From positions 1 to 64,000 of the IMG/VR virus record IMGVR_UViG_3300012352_000310: 64,000 nt of DNA, one strand, 5' to 3'. Origin of the DNA: a virus. Taxonomy: Duplodnaviria > Heunggongvirae > Uroviricota > Caudoviricetes. Under the pieces are notes generated by a model. That model was not told the DNA's origin and ran no database searches. It saw nothing but the letters and a program-made list of their open reading frames with translations. This document shows, one piece after another, positions 25,453 to 34,072 of this stretch. The position numbers were made by a program, and so were the translations under genes. Numbering within the stretch: the stretch's first letter is position 1; every line of letters begins with the position of its first letter.

Positions 25453-25698
25453 TCATTCTTCAACTCCGAAATGTTCTTTGATATCTTTGATGTGTGTCAT
25501 ACTGCGTATAAACTTTTCTGTTTTAGTACCATCACGGGTAATACCCATTTGAATAGTTAGAATACATTCCCTAACAATCAACTCGGCGAACTTTTCCGGG
25601 TCAAACCTAATACCCAGTGTCGCACCGTCTGGTCCGACATTCACATATGTATCTGTAACAAATGACTGTTCATAAAGTTTCTGTAACTGTTCGTTCAT
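25453..25698 (-). CDS. small protein, FAELIVxECI paralog family member 2
   Basis: 81 aa MNEQLQKLYEQS...FAELIVRECILT...HFGVEE. Confidence 0.5.
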   Translation of the reverse strand: MNEQLQKLYEQSFVTDTYVNVGPDGATLGIRFDPEKFAELIVRECILTIQMGITRDGTKTEKFIRSMTHIKDIKEHFGVEE

Positions 25699-25913
25699 TC
25701 TTCAACTCCGAAATGATATTTGATTCGGTCGTGATAGATTTCACCATCAACTGTTCCGTCTCCTACAATAAGCATACATTCCTTGACAATCAACTCGGCG
25801 TGTTTGGCGGAGGCAATTGCATAGTAAATGTCGTTGTATCGACGTTCAGCAGGCACTACGCTATCTGCATAGTGGATAGCCTGCATATATAGTTCTTGAA
25901 TACGTTCGTTCAT
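25695..25913 (-). CDS. small protein, paralog family member 3
   Basis: start at MNERIQELYMQA; HAELIVKECMLIV...HFGVEE. Confidence 0.45.
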   Translation of the reverse strand: MNERIQELYMQAIHYADSVVPAERRYNDIYYAIASAKHAELIVKECMLIVGDGTVDGEIYHDRIKYHFGVEE

Positions 25914-26103
25914 TCTCAATTCCTTAAAACAACGAAACCGGTGGGATCTTTGATCCACAATCTCTCTTGAGAATATGCTGATACTTCTCTGGATGATCCT
26001 TCATATCCTGAAGTCTTTTATAGAATCGTTCTTCAATCTCTTGATCACGGCAAGGAGCATTGAAGAAGTTACGAATCTTTTCAAAAATGTTCATCAAAAC
26101 CGC

Positions 26104-26388
26104 TTAGTTCTTGTCAGGCAGCGCCGGACTTTTTAGCTTACTCAGAGCATTCATAGCTTGAATCAGACCACTCTTAATGCCAACATGGATACCCACAGAG
26201 CGAGCATCCATTCCCTCGGTACTCTTGTTATTCTCAGAATACCACAGCTTACGGCATTCATCGATACACTCTTGTACAACCGTATCAACCAGAGCTTCAG
26301 CTTCTTCGTAGCCAATCTGAGCCTCATAAGCATTTGAATCAGGATCTAGTCTAAAGTTTATCACTTCATCAATCATGTTTTTACTCAT
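26104..26388 (-). CDS. small protein, divergent paralog (VVQECIDE motif)
   Basis: start at MSKNMIDEV; ...EALVDTVVQECIDECRKLWYS. Confidence 0.4.
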   Translation of the reverse strand: MSKNMIDEVINFRLDPDSNAYEAQIGYEEAEALVDTVVQECIDECRKLWYSENNKSTEGMDARSVGIHVGIKSGLIQAMNALSKLKSPALPDKN

Positions 26389-26543
26389 AACAAACTCCAA
26401 ATCAGAAATGCAACGAAGCAAATCTCTAAAACTCCAAAGAGAACTACTATAGCAAGATTAGTAAGTCCCAGATCTTGTATTTTCCACAGTAGTTCTCTCA
26501 ACATATCAAAATATCTCTCTCGATTTTTGGCCTTAGTACCATC

Positions 26544-26567
26544 TCGTAGAAAACGGGTGGTAGGGGG
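26544..26567. repeat. G-rich motif copy 2
   Basis: TCGTAGAAAACGGGTGGTAGGGGG. Confidence 0.7.
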
Positions 26568-26627
26568 TAGACATCAGTAGGTCATAGAGGAAAATCAGTT
26601 GATTCACTTTTTGCCATAAAGGCCACT

Positions 26628-26650
26628 CGCCAGAAACGGGTGGATGGGGG
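26628..26650. repeat. G-rich motif copy 3 (variant)
   Basis: CGCCAGAAACGGGTGGATGGGGG. Confidence 0.6.
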
Positions 26651-26774
26651 CTAGCTTCTAGAAGCACCTAGCTAAACACCCACATGATAAACAGAAGCAG
26701 CACGGCAAGGCCAGGGTTACCAGTGAACACTAGCATCAGAGCTACTATAGCTGAGAAGAAGCCAAGGTCTGAGT

Positions 26775-27056
26775 TCATTTGCGGTACACAGCGAAGCTAG
26801 TGGCATCAGACTTCAAGCAGGTGGATTGAGCCGAGTAGGCAGAGCGCTTGTAGTTAGAGTAGCCATTCACGCCCTTCATGATGCGACCAATGGAAGCTTT
26901 ACGAGGACCACGATAGCATACGCGTACTGCGATACCAGCAGCTTTGTAGCTACGGCGTACCAGATCCAGCATCTCCATAGGAATACCTTTAGCGAGGGCA
27001 GCCTCACCGATGGCGGGGAACATAGCTTGGATGATGGTGGTGTTCAGAGTAGTCAT
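26775..27056 (-). CDS. hypothetical protein
   Basis: 93-aa ORF with promoter module upstream. Confidence 0.45.
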   Translation of the reverse strand: MTTLNTTIIQAMFPAIGEAALAKGIPMEMLDLVRRSYKAAGIAVRVCYRGPRKASIGRIMKGVNGYSNYKRSAYSAQSTCLKSDATSFAVYRK

Positions 27057-27079
27057 TTGATTTCCTTAGTCTATGGATA

Positions 27080-27111
27080 GATTATACAACAGATTTGATT
27101 TATTGTACAAC
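27080..27111 (-). promoter_or_regulatory. early promoter module
   Basis: GATTATACAACAGATTTGATTTATTGTACA. Confidence 0.6.
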
Positions 27112-27116
27112 TATTC

Positions 27117-27314
27117 TTACAGCGTTGCATTAAGCTTAGCTGCAGTACCATAGTCACGGATCCATTGACGCAGGCCACGAGAAGCACTCTCGATCATAGC
27201 TTGACTGTGGAACATACAACGGAAGAAGCCATACGCGTAGCCCAGCTTACTATAGGGCTTCCAGAACTGCTCACGGAGAGCGATGTGTTCTTTGATGGCT
27301 TCAATCTTGGTCAT
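27117..27314 (-). CDS. hypothetical protein (tandem duplicate copy A)
   Basis: 65 aa; identical to 27375-27572 product. Confidence 0.55.
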   Translation of the reverse strand: MTKIEAIKEHIALREQFWKPYSKLGYAYGFFRCMFHSQAMIESASRGLRQWIRDYGTAAKLNATL

Positions 27315-27337
27315 TTGGTTTCCTTAGTCTATGGATA

Positions 27338-27369
27338 GATTATACAACAGATTTGATTTATTGTACAAC
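27338..27369 (-). promoter_or_regulatory. early promoter module (duplicated copy)
   Basis: identical to 27080-27111. Confidence 0.6.
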
Positions 27370-27374
27370 TATTC

Positions 27375-27572
27375 TTACAGCGTTGCATTAAGCTTAGCTG
27401 CAGTACCATAGTCACGGATCCATTGACGCAGGCCACGAGAAGCACTCTCGATCATAGCTTGACTGTGGAACATACAACGGAAGAAGCCATACGCGTAGCC
27501 CAGCTTACTATAGGGCTTCCAGAACTGCTCACGGAGAGCGATGTGTTCTTTGATGGCTTCAATCTTGGTCAT
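27375..27572 (-). CDS. hypothetical protein (tandem duplicate copy B)
   Basis: 65 aa identical to copy A. Confidence 0.55.
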   Translation of the reverse strand: MTKIEAIKEHIALREQFWKPYSKLGYAYGFFRCMFHSQAMIESASRGLRQWIRDYGTAAKLNATL

Positions 27573-27595
27573 TTGGTTTCCTTAGTCTATGGATA

Positions 27596-27627
27596 GATTA
27601 TACAACAGATTTGATTTATTGTACAAC
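27596..27627 (-). promoter_or_regulatory. early promoter module
   Basis: GATTATACAACAGATTTGATTTATTGTACA. Confidence 0.6.
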
Positions 27628-27633
27628 TATTCT

Positions 27634-27906
27634 TTACATAGACCAGTAGGTCTCAGAGGCAGGATTGCAGCACCAAGGAGTGTCAGCAGGAATTGTAACA
27701 GGCTCACCAGTCATCAGGTTCTTGACGGTGATGGTCTCAGAAGCCTTGTCTTCAGCGATGGCTTCCAGCATGGCAGCTTTGGCATCGGTCTTGTAGCGGA
27801 AGCGTTGGCACCAGTTGTCGTTACAGAAGAGGTCCCAACCGTCCTTATAGTCACGGCCCTTAGAGTTCATGCTATAGGCTTGGGAGATGGTGTAAACTTT
27901 AGTCAT
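27634..27906 (-). CDS. hypothetical protein
   Basis: start at MTKVYTIS directly after conserved leader. Confidence 0.45.
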   Translation of the reverse strand: MTKVYTISQAYSMNSKGRDYKDGWDLFCNDNWCQRFRYKTDAKAAMLEAIAEDKASETITVKNLMTGEPVTIPADTPWCCNPASETYWSM

Positions 27907-27930
27907 TTGGTTTCCTTGATTTGATGGATC

Positions 27931-27962
27931 AATTATACCATGAATTTGATTATTTGTACACC
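27931..27962 (-). promoter_or_regulatory. early promoter module
   Basis: AATTATACCATGAATTTGATTATTTGTACA. Confidence 0.6.
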
Positions 27963-28273
27963 GGTTCGGCAAATAATTGTAACAGAGCTCGAGTGCACTC
28001 AGATGGATGACTATGGGTAGACATCAAATCAAGGAACTAGAAACCATCTGAGTCCACCGAGGCTGCAGAACTGTACACTTTAGTATTCAGTACGACCGAT
28101 CAAACGAGAAACCAAGGTATTCATTCTTCGAGGCCAAGCTCCTTTAGAGTGAGCCTGAGATCTTGTAGTTGCTTGGGTGTAAGCTTACAGACCGGCACCA
28201 TCTTGCCTTCCATCTTGATGTTCAACCAACCGGTGCCAGAGATCATGTAGAGTACAGTCATTGTAGTACCTCC

Positions 28274-29185
28274 TTAAGCGCAGAGAACGTATTCAGCCAT
28301 CTGCTTCCAGCTAGAACCAGCCGATGCCTTGATCTTGGTGACTTGGATCAGAGTACGCAGGGAGATTTCCTTGGCAACATCCTTCAGTTCGCGGATCAGT
28401 TCCAGAGCATCCAGCTTGTCAGCCATCTCAAACTCTTCCATGAACTCAGGAGACTGAACGATGAAGGACATACGATCGATCTTCTGGTCTTCGTTCATGC
28501 TCAGGTCGATCATCATAGAACGGCTACGGATAGCTTGGTCGATGTCGTCTTGAGACATGTTGGAGATGAAGACAACCTTACCAGTGAAGTTGAAGCTACG
28601 TGGCAGGTCTTCGTCACGCATATCAGCGTTCCAAGAGATGATACGCTTGCCGTAGGAGTCCAGAGCACCCTTCAACAGGTTGAGGGCAACAGCATCTTTC
28701 AGAACAGCGTCGCAGTCGTCGAACACGATCACACCACCGTTGTTCTCAAACAGAGTACGATAGAGACCCTTAGCGGTAGAGTAACCCTTCACTTGAACGA
28801 AGACCTTCTCACGACGTACAACATCACCAACTTGGAACTCACCCAGTTCAGACATGTCCTTGTAGCCAGCTTCAGCGAGAGTCTTCAGCACAGTGTAAGA
28901 CTTACCCAGACCACCTTGACCAGTGATCACTGCAGATGCTTGAACACCAGAAGCAACCATGTTCACGAGCTTCTCAACGAAGTCAAAACGAGTGTTGATG
29001 TCAAACTTGTCCGAAGACTTAGGAGCTTGAGTGTTCGCGATCTGATCGTAGGTGGCTTTGATGCCAGTGATCTTCTTGTACATGAACTCGATGTAGTCCT
29101 TCTTCGAGGTCTTGAACTTGTTGCCGTCGATGTTGCAGCTGTACTTGTTGGAAGATTTGTCGAAGGAGATGGTCACTGTAGTCAT
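28274..29185 (-). CDS. P-loop ATPase (AAA-like), function unknown
   Basis: 303 aa; Walker A TGQGGLGKSYT, Walker B VVFDDCD. Confidence 0.6.
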   Translation of the reverse strand: MTTVTISFDKSSNKYSCNIDGNKFKTSKKDYIEFMYKKITGIKATYDQIANTQAPKSSDKFDINTRFDFVEKLVNMVASGVQASAVITGQGGLGKSYTVLKTLAEAGYKDMSELGEFQVGDVVRREKVFVQVKGYSTAKGLYRTLFENNGGVIVFDDCDAVLKDAVALNLLKGALDSYGKRIISWNADMRDEDLPRSFNFTGKVVFISNMSQDDIDQAIRSRSMMIDLSMNEDQKIDRMSFIVQSPEFMEEFEMADKLDALELIRELKDVAKEISLRTLIQVTKIKASAGSSWKQMAEYVLCA

Positions 29186-29221
29186 GATGTATTTCGTTGC
29201 CTTGTTTGATTTGATGGATCT

Positions 29222-29252
29222 ATTATACTACGAATTTGATTATTTGTACACA
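29222..29252 (-). promoter_or_regulatory. early promoter module
   Basis: TATTATACTACGAATTTGATTATTTGTACA. Confidence 0.6.
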
Positions 29253-29269
29253 GGTTTGTGCAAATAAAT

Positions 29270-29461
29270 TCAGAAGCCACCGTAGACGGCAATAGTCTCC
29301 AGACGGTCAAGCTCGGCGTTCAGCTCAGCATCGTTCATGCCAGATAGACGATCCATGTAGTTCTGAGAGTAAGCTCCTTGCTCGATGGCATGGGTGAGGA
29401 TCAGTTCGATGGTGTCGTTTCGGTTCATGTTCATGATGTATTCCTTGATTTGATGGATCAA
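29270..29461 (-). CDS. hypothetical protein
   Basis: 63-aa ORF. Confidence 0.4.
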   Translation of the reverse strand: MIHQIKEYIMNMNRNDTIELILTHAIEQGAYSQNYMDRLSGMNDAELNAELDRLETIAVYGGF

Positions 29462-29491
29462 TTATACATCAAATTTGATTTATTGTACACA
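29460..29491 (-). promoter_or_regulatory. early promoter module
   Basis: AATTATACATCAAATTTGATTTATTGTACA. Confidence 0.6.
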
Positions 29492-29494
29492 ACT

Positions 29495-29719
29495 TTATGC
29501 AAACAGATCACCGTACATCTCTTCGTACGCAGCATCGAAGTCTTCACGAATCCACTCGATCTTGTACCCGTTCAGAGCGTACTCGTCGGCCATGACTTGC
29601 AATTTACGTACCGCCTGTTTAGCAGTCAGACCCTCATTCGCCATCAGGCTCAGGTTGCTACAGTAGGCAAAGTTGTTGCTGTCTTTGTGAGCGCTAACTT
29701 GTACGAATTGCTTAGTCAT
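29495..29719 (-). CDS. hypothetical protein
   Basis: 74-aa ORF. Confidence 0.45.
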   Translation of the reverse strand: MTKQFVQVSAHKDSNNFAYCSNLSLMANEGLTAKQAVRKLQVMADEYALNGYKIEWIREDFDAAYEEMYGDLFA

Positions 29720-29723
29720 GTGA

Positions 29724-29957
29724 TTACTTACCCATCTTGTTGTAGACTTGAGACTTACCAGACCACTTGGGGATGATCACGTTGGCAAGGAAAGCCGAGA
29801 AGTCAAACTTAGCACCGGACTCGCCAGCATCCTTACGAGGACGACCACGACCACGCTTCACAGCGGTGACAGGAATAACACCAGTCTCGGCAACTTCGCC
29901 AGAGTAGAAGCCACGATCAGCGGTGTGACGGATGCCGGTAGAAGTCTTGATGATTGC
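29724..29957 (-). CDS. small basic protein with AT-hook-like RGRGRPRK motif
   Basis: start at MAIIKTSTG after leader; GRGRPRKD. Confidence 0.45.
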   Translation of the reverse strand, partial: AIIKTSTGIRHTADRGFYSGEVAETGVIPVTAVKRGRGRPRKDAGESGAKFDFSAFLANVIIPKWSGKSQVYNKMGK

Positions 29958-29980
29958 CATGTTCTTAGTCCTTTGTTTGA

Positions 29981-30012
29981 TTTGATAGATCAATTATACC
30001 ACGAATTTGATT
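29981..30012 (-). promoter_or_regulatory. early promoter module
   Basis: AATTATACCACGAATTTGATTTTCTGTACA. Confidence 0.6.
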
Positions 30013-30027
30013 TTCTGTACACAGGTC

Positions 30028-30252
30028 TCAAAATTTATTTTTGAGGGCCATAGCACCAGAAGCCATGATCGCGAGACCAACCAGAGCGATCCCAGTCTGG
30101 ACCAGAACAGAAGCAGCAGGATCTGCGTCCAGAGTGCCAACAGCACCGAAGGTGATCAGGAAGCCGAGGAAGAAACGAATGGTGCCTTGCATGATGTAGT
30201 CCTTTGTTTGATTTGATGGATCAATTATACCACAGGTTTTGAGGTCTGGCAC
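30028..30252 (-). CDS. small two-TM membrane protein
   Basis: 74-aa ORF (possibly starting at internal MQGTIRFF). Confidence 0.4.
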   Translation of the reverse strand: MPDLKTCGIIDPSNQTKDYIMQGTIRFFLGFLITFGAVGTLDADPAASVLVQTGIALVGLAIMASGAMALKNKF

Positions 30253-30318
30253 ACTGTCTTCAAAAATATTTGCATAGTGTATCTTTTATGATACACTGTA
30301 CACTTTGGTTAACAATCT

Positions 30319-30538
30319 TCAATACTTCTTGCCACCGTACTTCTCGTTCCAGTCGTACCCAGCGTGATATGCTTCGATCTCCTCAGGAGACATCATGCTC
30401 ATCGAGATCTTTGGAGACATTGCAGTGCCACCTTCATAGAAGTGTGGATCACGTGGACGGTCGTACCAGCTGTCGGCAGATCCACGATCGAAAGGACCAC
30501 CGTGGCGGGTGTCATACTTGTCTCGAGATTCAACCATC
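30319..30538 (-). CDS. hypothetical protein
   Basis: start trimmed to internal ATG to avoid 100-nt overlap. Confidence 0.35.
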
Positions 30539-30547
30539 GCTGTCTCC

Positions 30548-30751
30548 TTAGCCGAGGAAGTCGTAAGAAGTTTCGCTCTGACCACACTTGCCGAAAGACA
30601 TCGCAGCAGTGACACGGTCGCACAGTGCAAAGAACACATCAGTAGCAATCTTGGAGTCTACAGTCTCCAGGAACAGAGTGCCATTGAAGAAGTAAGCATG
30701 CACATCAGTAACTTCTTCAACAACCGCCAAAACTTTTTTCTCGAAACCCAT
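30548..30751 (-). CDS. hypothetical protein
   Basis: start at MGFEKKV after leader. Confidence 0.4.
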   Translation of the reverse strand: MGFEKKVLAVVEEVTDVHAYFFNGTLFLETVDSKIATDVFFALCDRVTAAMSFGKCGQSETSYDFLG

Positions 30752-30782
30752 AACAAACTCCTTGTTTATCAATCTATGGAAT

Positions 30783-30814
30783 AATTATACAACATAATTT
30801 GATTTTTGTACACA
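30783..30814 (-). promoter_or_regulatory. early promoter module
   Basis: AATTATACAACATAATTTGATTTTTGTACA. Confidence 0.6.
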
Positions 30815-30959
30815 GGTCTCCAAAATATTTTTATCGATGATCTGGCCACCATAGATGGTCTGATAGCACTCAGCAGTTTTCAGGATGTAGAATTGCATGA
30901 TACGGCCAGTGGAGGTGATCAGAGTGTAACGCATTAGTCTTCCTATCAATCTATGGGTA

Positions 30960-30991
30960 GATTATACATCGAATTTGATTTTCTGTACACA
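30960..30991 (-). promoter_or_regulatory. early promoter module
   Basis: GATTATACATCGAATTTGATTTTCTGTACA. Confidence 0.6.
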
Positions 30992-31002
30992 TTTTTATGC
31001 CA

Positions 31003-31147
31003 GAAAAAACCCTTTAGAATCAATAACTTAGAGCACTATCTCCAAAACCGCACAAAAGTGACAAAAATCCGTGTATAAACCATCACAGTGCACAAAACCG
31101 CACTTTTGTGGTAGAAAAAACCCTTTAGAATCAATAACTTAGAGCAC
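31003..31147. repeat. 35-bp direct repeats (31003-31037 and 31113-31147) flanking an inverted repeat
   Basis: AGAAAAAACCCTTTAGAATCAATAACTTAGAGCAC twice; between them CACAAAAGTG/CACTTTTGTG inverted repeat and AAAACCGCAC direct repeats. Confidence 0.7.
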
Positions 31148-31181
31148 CCTAAAAGTGTACTTTGTGCATTTTCGAACAATT

Positions 31182-31703
31182 CTACGCGTAGTGGAGCAAG
31201 AGTGACTTTACGTAGTCCTCAGTGGAGTCTCCAAGGTCATGAGCGTGACAGAAAACCGCCTCATCACCGAACTTTGCTAGCTTCCGACCGGCATCATCGT
31301 TGTCACAGACCGCTACTACTCGTCTATTGAGACAACTCAACCAGTTCTGCAGGTCCCACCCAGTGTTGTTACTCAAGACGGCCAGAGCAGAGTAGCCTCG
31401 TTGTGTCAATCTGCATGCATCGAACACACCCTCACATAGGAATACAGTACCACCAAATGCCAGTGACTCTACACCCCATACGGCGAGTGTTGGTAGCTTC
31501 CTATGCGTGAAGTACTTACCTTCCTTGGGGTTGTTCTGAGGCTTCTTCTCACCTTCTGGCCTGTACTGCTGGTAGCCAACTAACTGACCACTCAAGTTCC
31601 AGAGATAGAATGTAGCTATCCGCTCGACGTCATCAACCATCGGTCGGTGTAGCTCCAGATCTAAGTGTCTGGACTTGAGGTGATCAGTCATTGAAGGAAG
31701 CAT
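31182..31703 (-). CDS. Toprim-domain protein
   Basis: 173 aa; conserved Glu in CEGVFDA and DxD in VCDNDDAGRKLA (Toprim signature). Confidence 0.55.
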   Translation of the reverse strand: MLPSMTDHLKSRHLDLELHRPMVDDVERIATFYLWNLSGQLVGYQQYRPEGEKKPQNNPKEGKYFTHRKLPTLAVWGVESLAFGGTVFLCEGVFDACRLTQRGYSALAVLSNNTGWDLQNWLSCLNRRVVAVCDNDDAGRKLAKFGDEAVFCHAHDLGDSTEDYVKSLLLHYA

Positions 31704-31852
31704 TAGTCTTTCGTCTTAGTCGTTACAAAGAATAGAGCTGTGAGTGCAAAGGTCCACATCGACCAGTCATGCACCTGTACCAAGTAAGCAGTACCACCAA
31801 TCAGTGCTGCGTCGTAGGTCAGTACCAGAGCTGCGATCAGTATGTCTTTCAT
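31703..31852 (-). CDS. small membrane protein
   Basis: internal start MKDILIAALVL; longer ORF would run through promoter 32007-32038. Confidence 0.35.
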   Translation of the reverse strand: MKDILIAALVLTYDAALIGGTAYLVQVHDWSMWTFALTALFFVTTKTKD

Positions 31853-32006
31853 TCGTTGTCCACTTGAATCTTGTCGCCACGCAGGACCCATACAAAAGCC
31901 ATAAACACCGAGCTGAGCCAGTCTGCCTCGACTTGACGCATCATACGGTAGCCTTCCATGAAACCAATCTCTCTGTCCATGTCTTGATCCTTTCAATCTA
32001 TGGATC

Positions 32007-32038
32007 AATTATACACCGAATTTGATTTTCTGTACATA
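32007..32038 (-). promoter_or_regulatory. early promoter module
   Basis: AATTATACACCGAATTTGATTTTCTGTACA. Confidence 0.6.
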
Positions 32039-32121
32039 GGAACTTTAGTATTCAGAAACTACAAAGGAGCCCTTTCGAGCTCCTTCTTAGTCTAGATCCA
32101 TTAGTGGAATTCCTAGAGATA

Positions 32122-32153
32122 CATTATACCAATCTCTCTAGATTCTGTACAGG
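32122..32153 (-). promoter_or_regulatory. early promoter module
   Basis: CATTATACCAATCTCTCTAGATTCTGTACA. Confidence 0.5.
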
Positions 32154-32164
32154 CCAATTTGATG

Positions 32165-33139
32165 TCAGTCCTTGTCGTCGGTTGGTATCAAGACGCGATC
32201 CTCTTCACGTTCAGGTACTTTCTTAACACGCTGCTTCCTTACCTTTGGTACAGGAGGTATTCTATCTTCCGGTATCTCAGGCAGTCCGAACTGATCGGTT
32301 TTCAGCGTGTCTGGAGTAGTGTCCTTCTCAGAAGTATCAATTGGTGCAATAGTGTCCTTCTCACGAGACACAGTCTGATTATAAGCAATGAACATCAGTA
32401 CTGCCAATGGATCGAACACCAACACGATGAGAATGATTACCCAACGGACGGCTGCTTCGAGCGTGTCTTGGCTGGTGGCTTCTTGACCGTAGATGAGCTG
32501 CGCGATGTACTTGATTGGTCCGACTTCGGCTTCGACTTTACGGACTTCGGCTGCGATTGGGGCTTTGTCTGTGTTGAGCTTGTTGATTTTTGCTTGGGCG
32601 GATAGTATCGCTTCTTGCGAGGCTTTTCGCTCTCCTGCTTGACTTCTACGGATGGCAATGGATCTTGAGATACCGGCATCGCCATTACTTGCTGTAGATG
32701 AGTTTGAGGTGCCTGCACTGGTTCTGGAGATGGTTTCATTAACCTGCGTATCCAGTTGAGCAATGATTTTACGATTTGCATCGATGATTTCCTTTTCTGT
32801 TTTGAGTTGCTCTTCTATGAGAGCTAGTTGTGATAGCGCCGTACCAGATACGAGATTCTGGTCACTGTGCGCCTTTGAGAGATATCCGAAGATACCCATG
32901 CTCGTGAGCAGCATCAGCACGAGTATAGCCGTAACGAAGTAGCTACGTACGAGAACTGGAGTCTGCTTCCAGTTACGATAGAGCCAGCTGGTCACGACGA
33001 GCTTCGAGATACCTAGTGCTACGCCCATCACTGTGATCGAGATAGGTGCAGCCGCGAAGATAGCTACGAGACCCATGATCGAGTAGTACTCGGCGACGCC
33101 TGAGAGCGTGATTGCGGAGAGCAGTAAGAGATGTGTCAT
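32165..33139 (-). CDS. multi-TM membrane protein with coiled-coil and Ser-rich region
   Basis: 324 aa; 3 N-terminal TM helices, central coiled coil, further TM, basic C-terminus. Confidence 0.55.
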   Translation of the reverse strand: MTHLLLLSAITLSGVAEYYSIMGLVAIFAAAPISITVMGVALGISKLVVTSWLYRNWKQTPVLVRSYFVTAILVLMLLTSMGIFGYLSKAHSDQNLVSGTALSQLALIEEQLKTEKEIIDANRKIIAQLDTQVNETISRTSAGTSNSSTASNGDAGISRSIAIRRSQAGERKASQEAILSAQAKINKLNTDKAPIAAEVRKVEAEVGPIKYIAQLIYGQEATSQDTLEAAVRWVIILIVLVFDPLAVLMFIAYNQTVSREKDTIAPIDTSEKDTTPDTLKTDQFGLPEIPEDRIPPVPKVRKQRVKKVPEREEDRVLIPTDDKD

Positions 33140-33181
33140 AAATAACGGTTTTTTCCGGTCATATGCTACCCATATTACTTT

Positions 33182-33619
33182 TTAGTCTTTAAGTTCTTCT
33201 ATATGATACTGGTCAAATACTAGATCAAAGTTTGGTACTGGTATGCTTGTATCTGTATGATTAGATGCTAGTGTGATATGTGGTTTATACTCTGGATAGT
33301 CGTAGCTTGCTCCAAGTGCTCTTGTTTCCTTATGGAATTGTTGTAGAGTATCGGATTCAAGTTTAAGTACGAATGCATTTGAGTCAAAAGATTCGTATCC
33401 AGTCGCTTTTGCTGTAATGGGTAGCTTTGGTTGATGGGATTCTACGTTTGGACATGGAGTTTTTGAGTATACAACCGTACAGTGAAGATCTTCTTTACTG
33501 GTTGGCTGATCAATATACTGGGATATGAACTCGTGAAGCTGATCTTGTGATTCTTTGGATAGCTTTAGGGATGCATACGTACCATATTGGTGATCTACGT
33601 ATTCTTTAAATGTAATCAT
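33182..33619 (-). CDS. hypothetical protein
   Basis: 145-aa minus ORF. Confidence 0.5.
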   Translation of the reverse strand: MITFKEYVDHQYGTYASLKLSKESQDQLHEFISQYIDQPTSKEDLHCTVVYSKTPCPNVESHQPKLPITAKATGYESFDSNAFVLKLESDTLQQFHKETRALGASYDYPEYKPHITLASNHTDTSIPVPNFDLVFDQYHIEELKD

Positions 33620-34056
33620 AACTTACCTTTGATGTGATTTCCATGCACGCGAATGGATATGTTGCCATTGTACCAGTCGTCGGATTCAAGTACTCTATGG
33701 CTGAATTGTTCTCTTGCTTCAATATACGAGCACAGTGCCTTGGAGTTGCAGAGGAATAGTATCTCGCGCTTGAAGTTTTCTTTACCAAGGAGCTCGATGT
33801 CCTTGTTTAGATGTTCACTGGAGCCATAATATTCTTTCCAGTCGGAGTCGATCTTGAATCGAACCTTCTTTTTCTTTTTGGTACCGTTCTTGAGTGTAAC
33901 GGTCTGCTGCTTGGTACGTGAGAACTTAGCTAGCTTCTTACCAATATACTTACGACCTGTGAGCAGATTGCTTATCAGATACACGAAGCCGACGGTATCA
34001 TCAGGCAACTCATCGATCGGTTCATTATTATACAGCCACATAAAGAAAAAGTCCAT
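33616..34056 (-). CDS. GIY-YIG homing endonuclease (Seg-like)
   Basis: 146 aa; GFVYLISNLLTGRKYIGKK = GIY-(10)-YIG motif, downstream catalytic Arg/Glu. Confidence 0.75.
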   Translation of the reverse strand: MDFFFMWLYNNEPIDELPDDTVGFVYLISNLLTGRKYIGKKLAKFSRTKQQTVTLKNGTKKKKKVRFKIDSDWKEYYGSSEHLNKDIELLGKENFKREILFLCNSKALCSYIEAREQFSHRVLESDDWYNGNISIRVHGNHIKGKL

Positions 34057-34072
34057 TGGTTAGATGGACTAT

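Larger units (their letters stand above)
27117..27632. repeat. perfect tandem duplication, 2 x 258 bp (gene + promoter + leader)
   Basis: 27117-27374 identical to 27375-27632 by direct reading, including identical 65-aa ORFs. Confidence 0.9.

Noticed and set aside
28169-29209. 346-aa plus-strand ORF
   Set aside because: Lies antisense to the P-loop ATPase gene 28274-29185 and has low-complexity Leu/Val/Asp-rich translation typical of antisense frames. No promoter or RBS context on plus strand.
27000-32200. CRISPR-like array of regularly spaced repeats
   Set aside because: Repeats are ~45-nt promoter/leader modules separated by variable-length protein-coding ORFs (200-900 bp), not 25-40-nt repeats with uniform short spacers. 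No cas genes.
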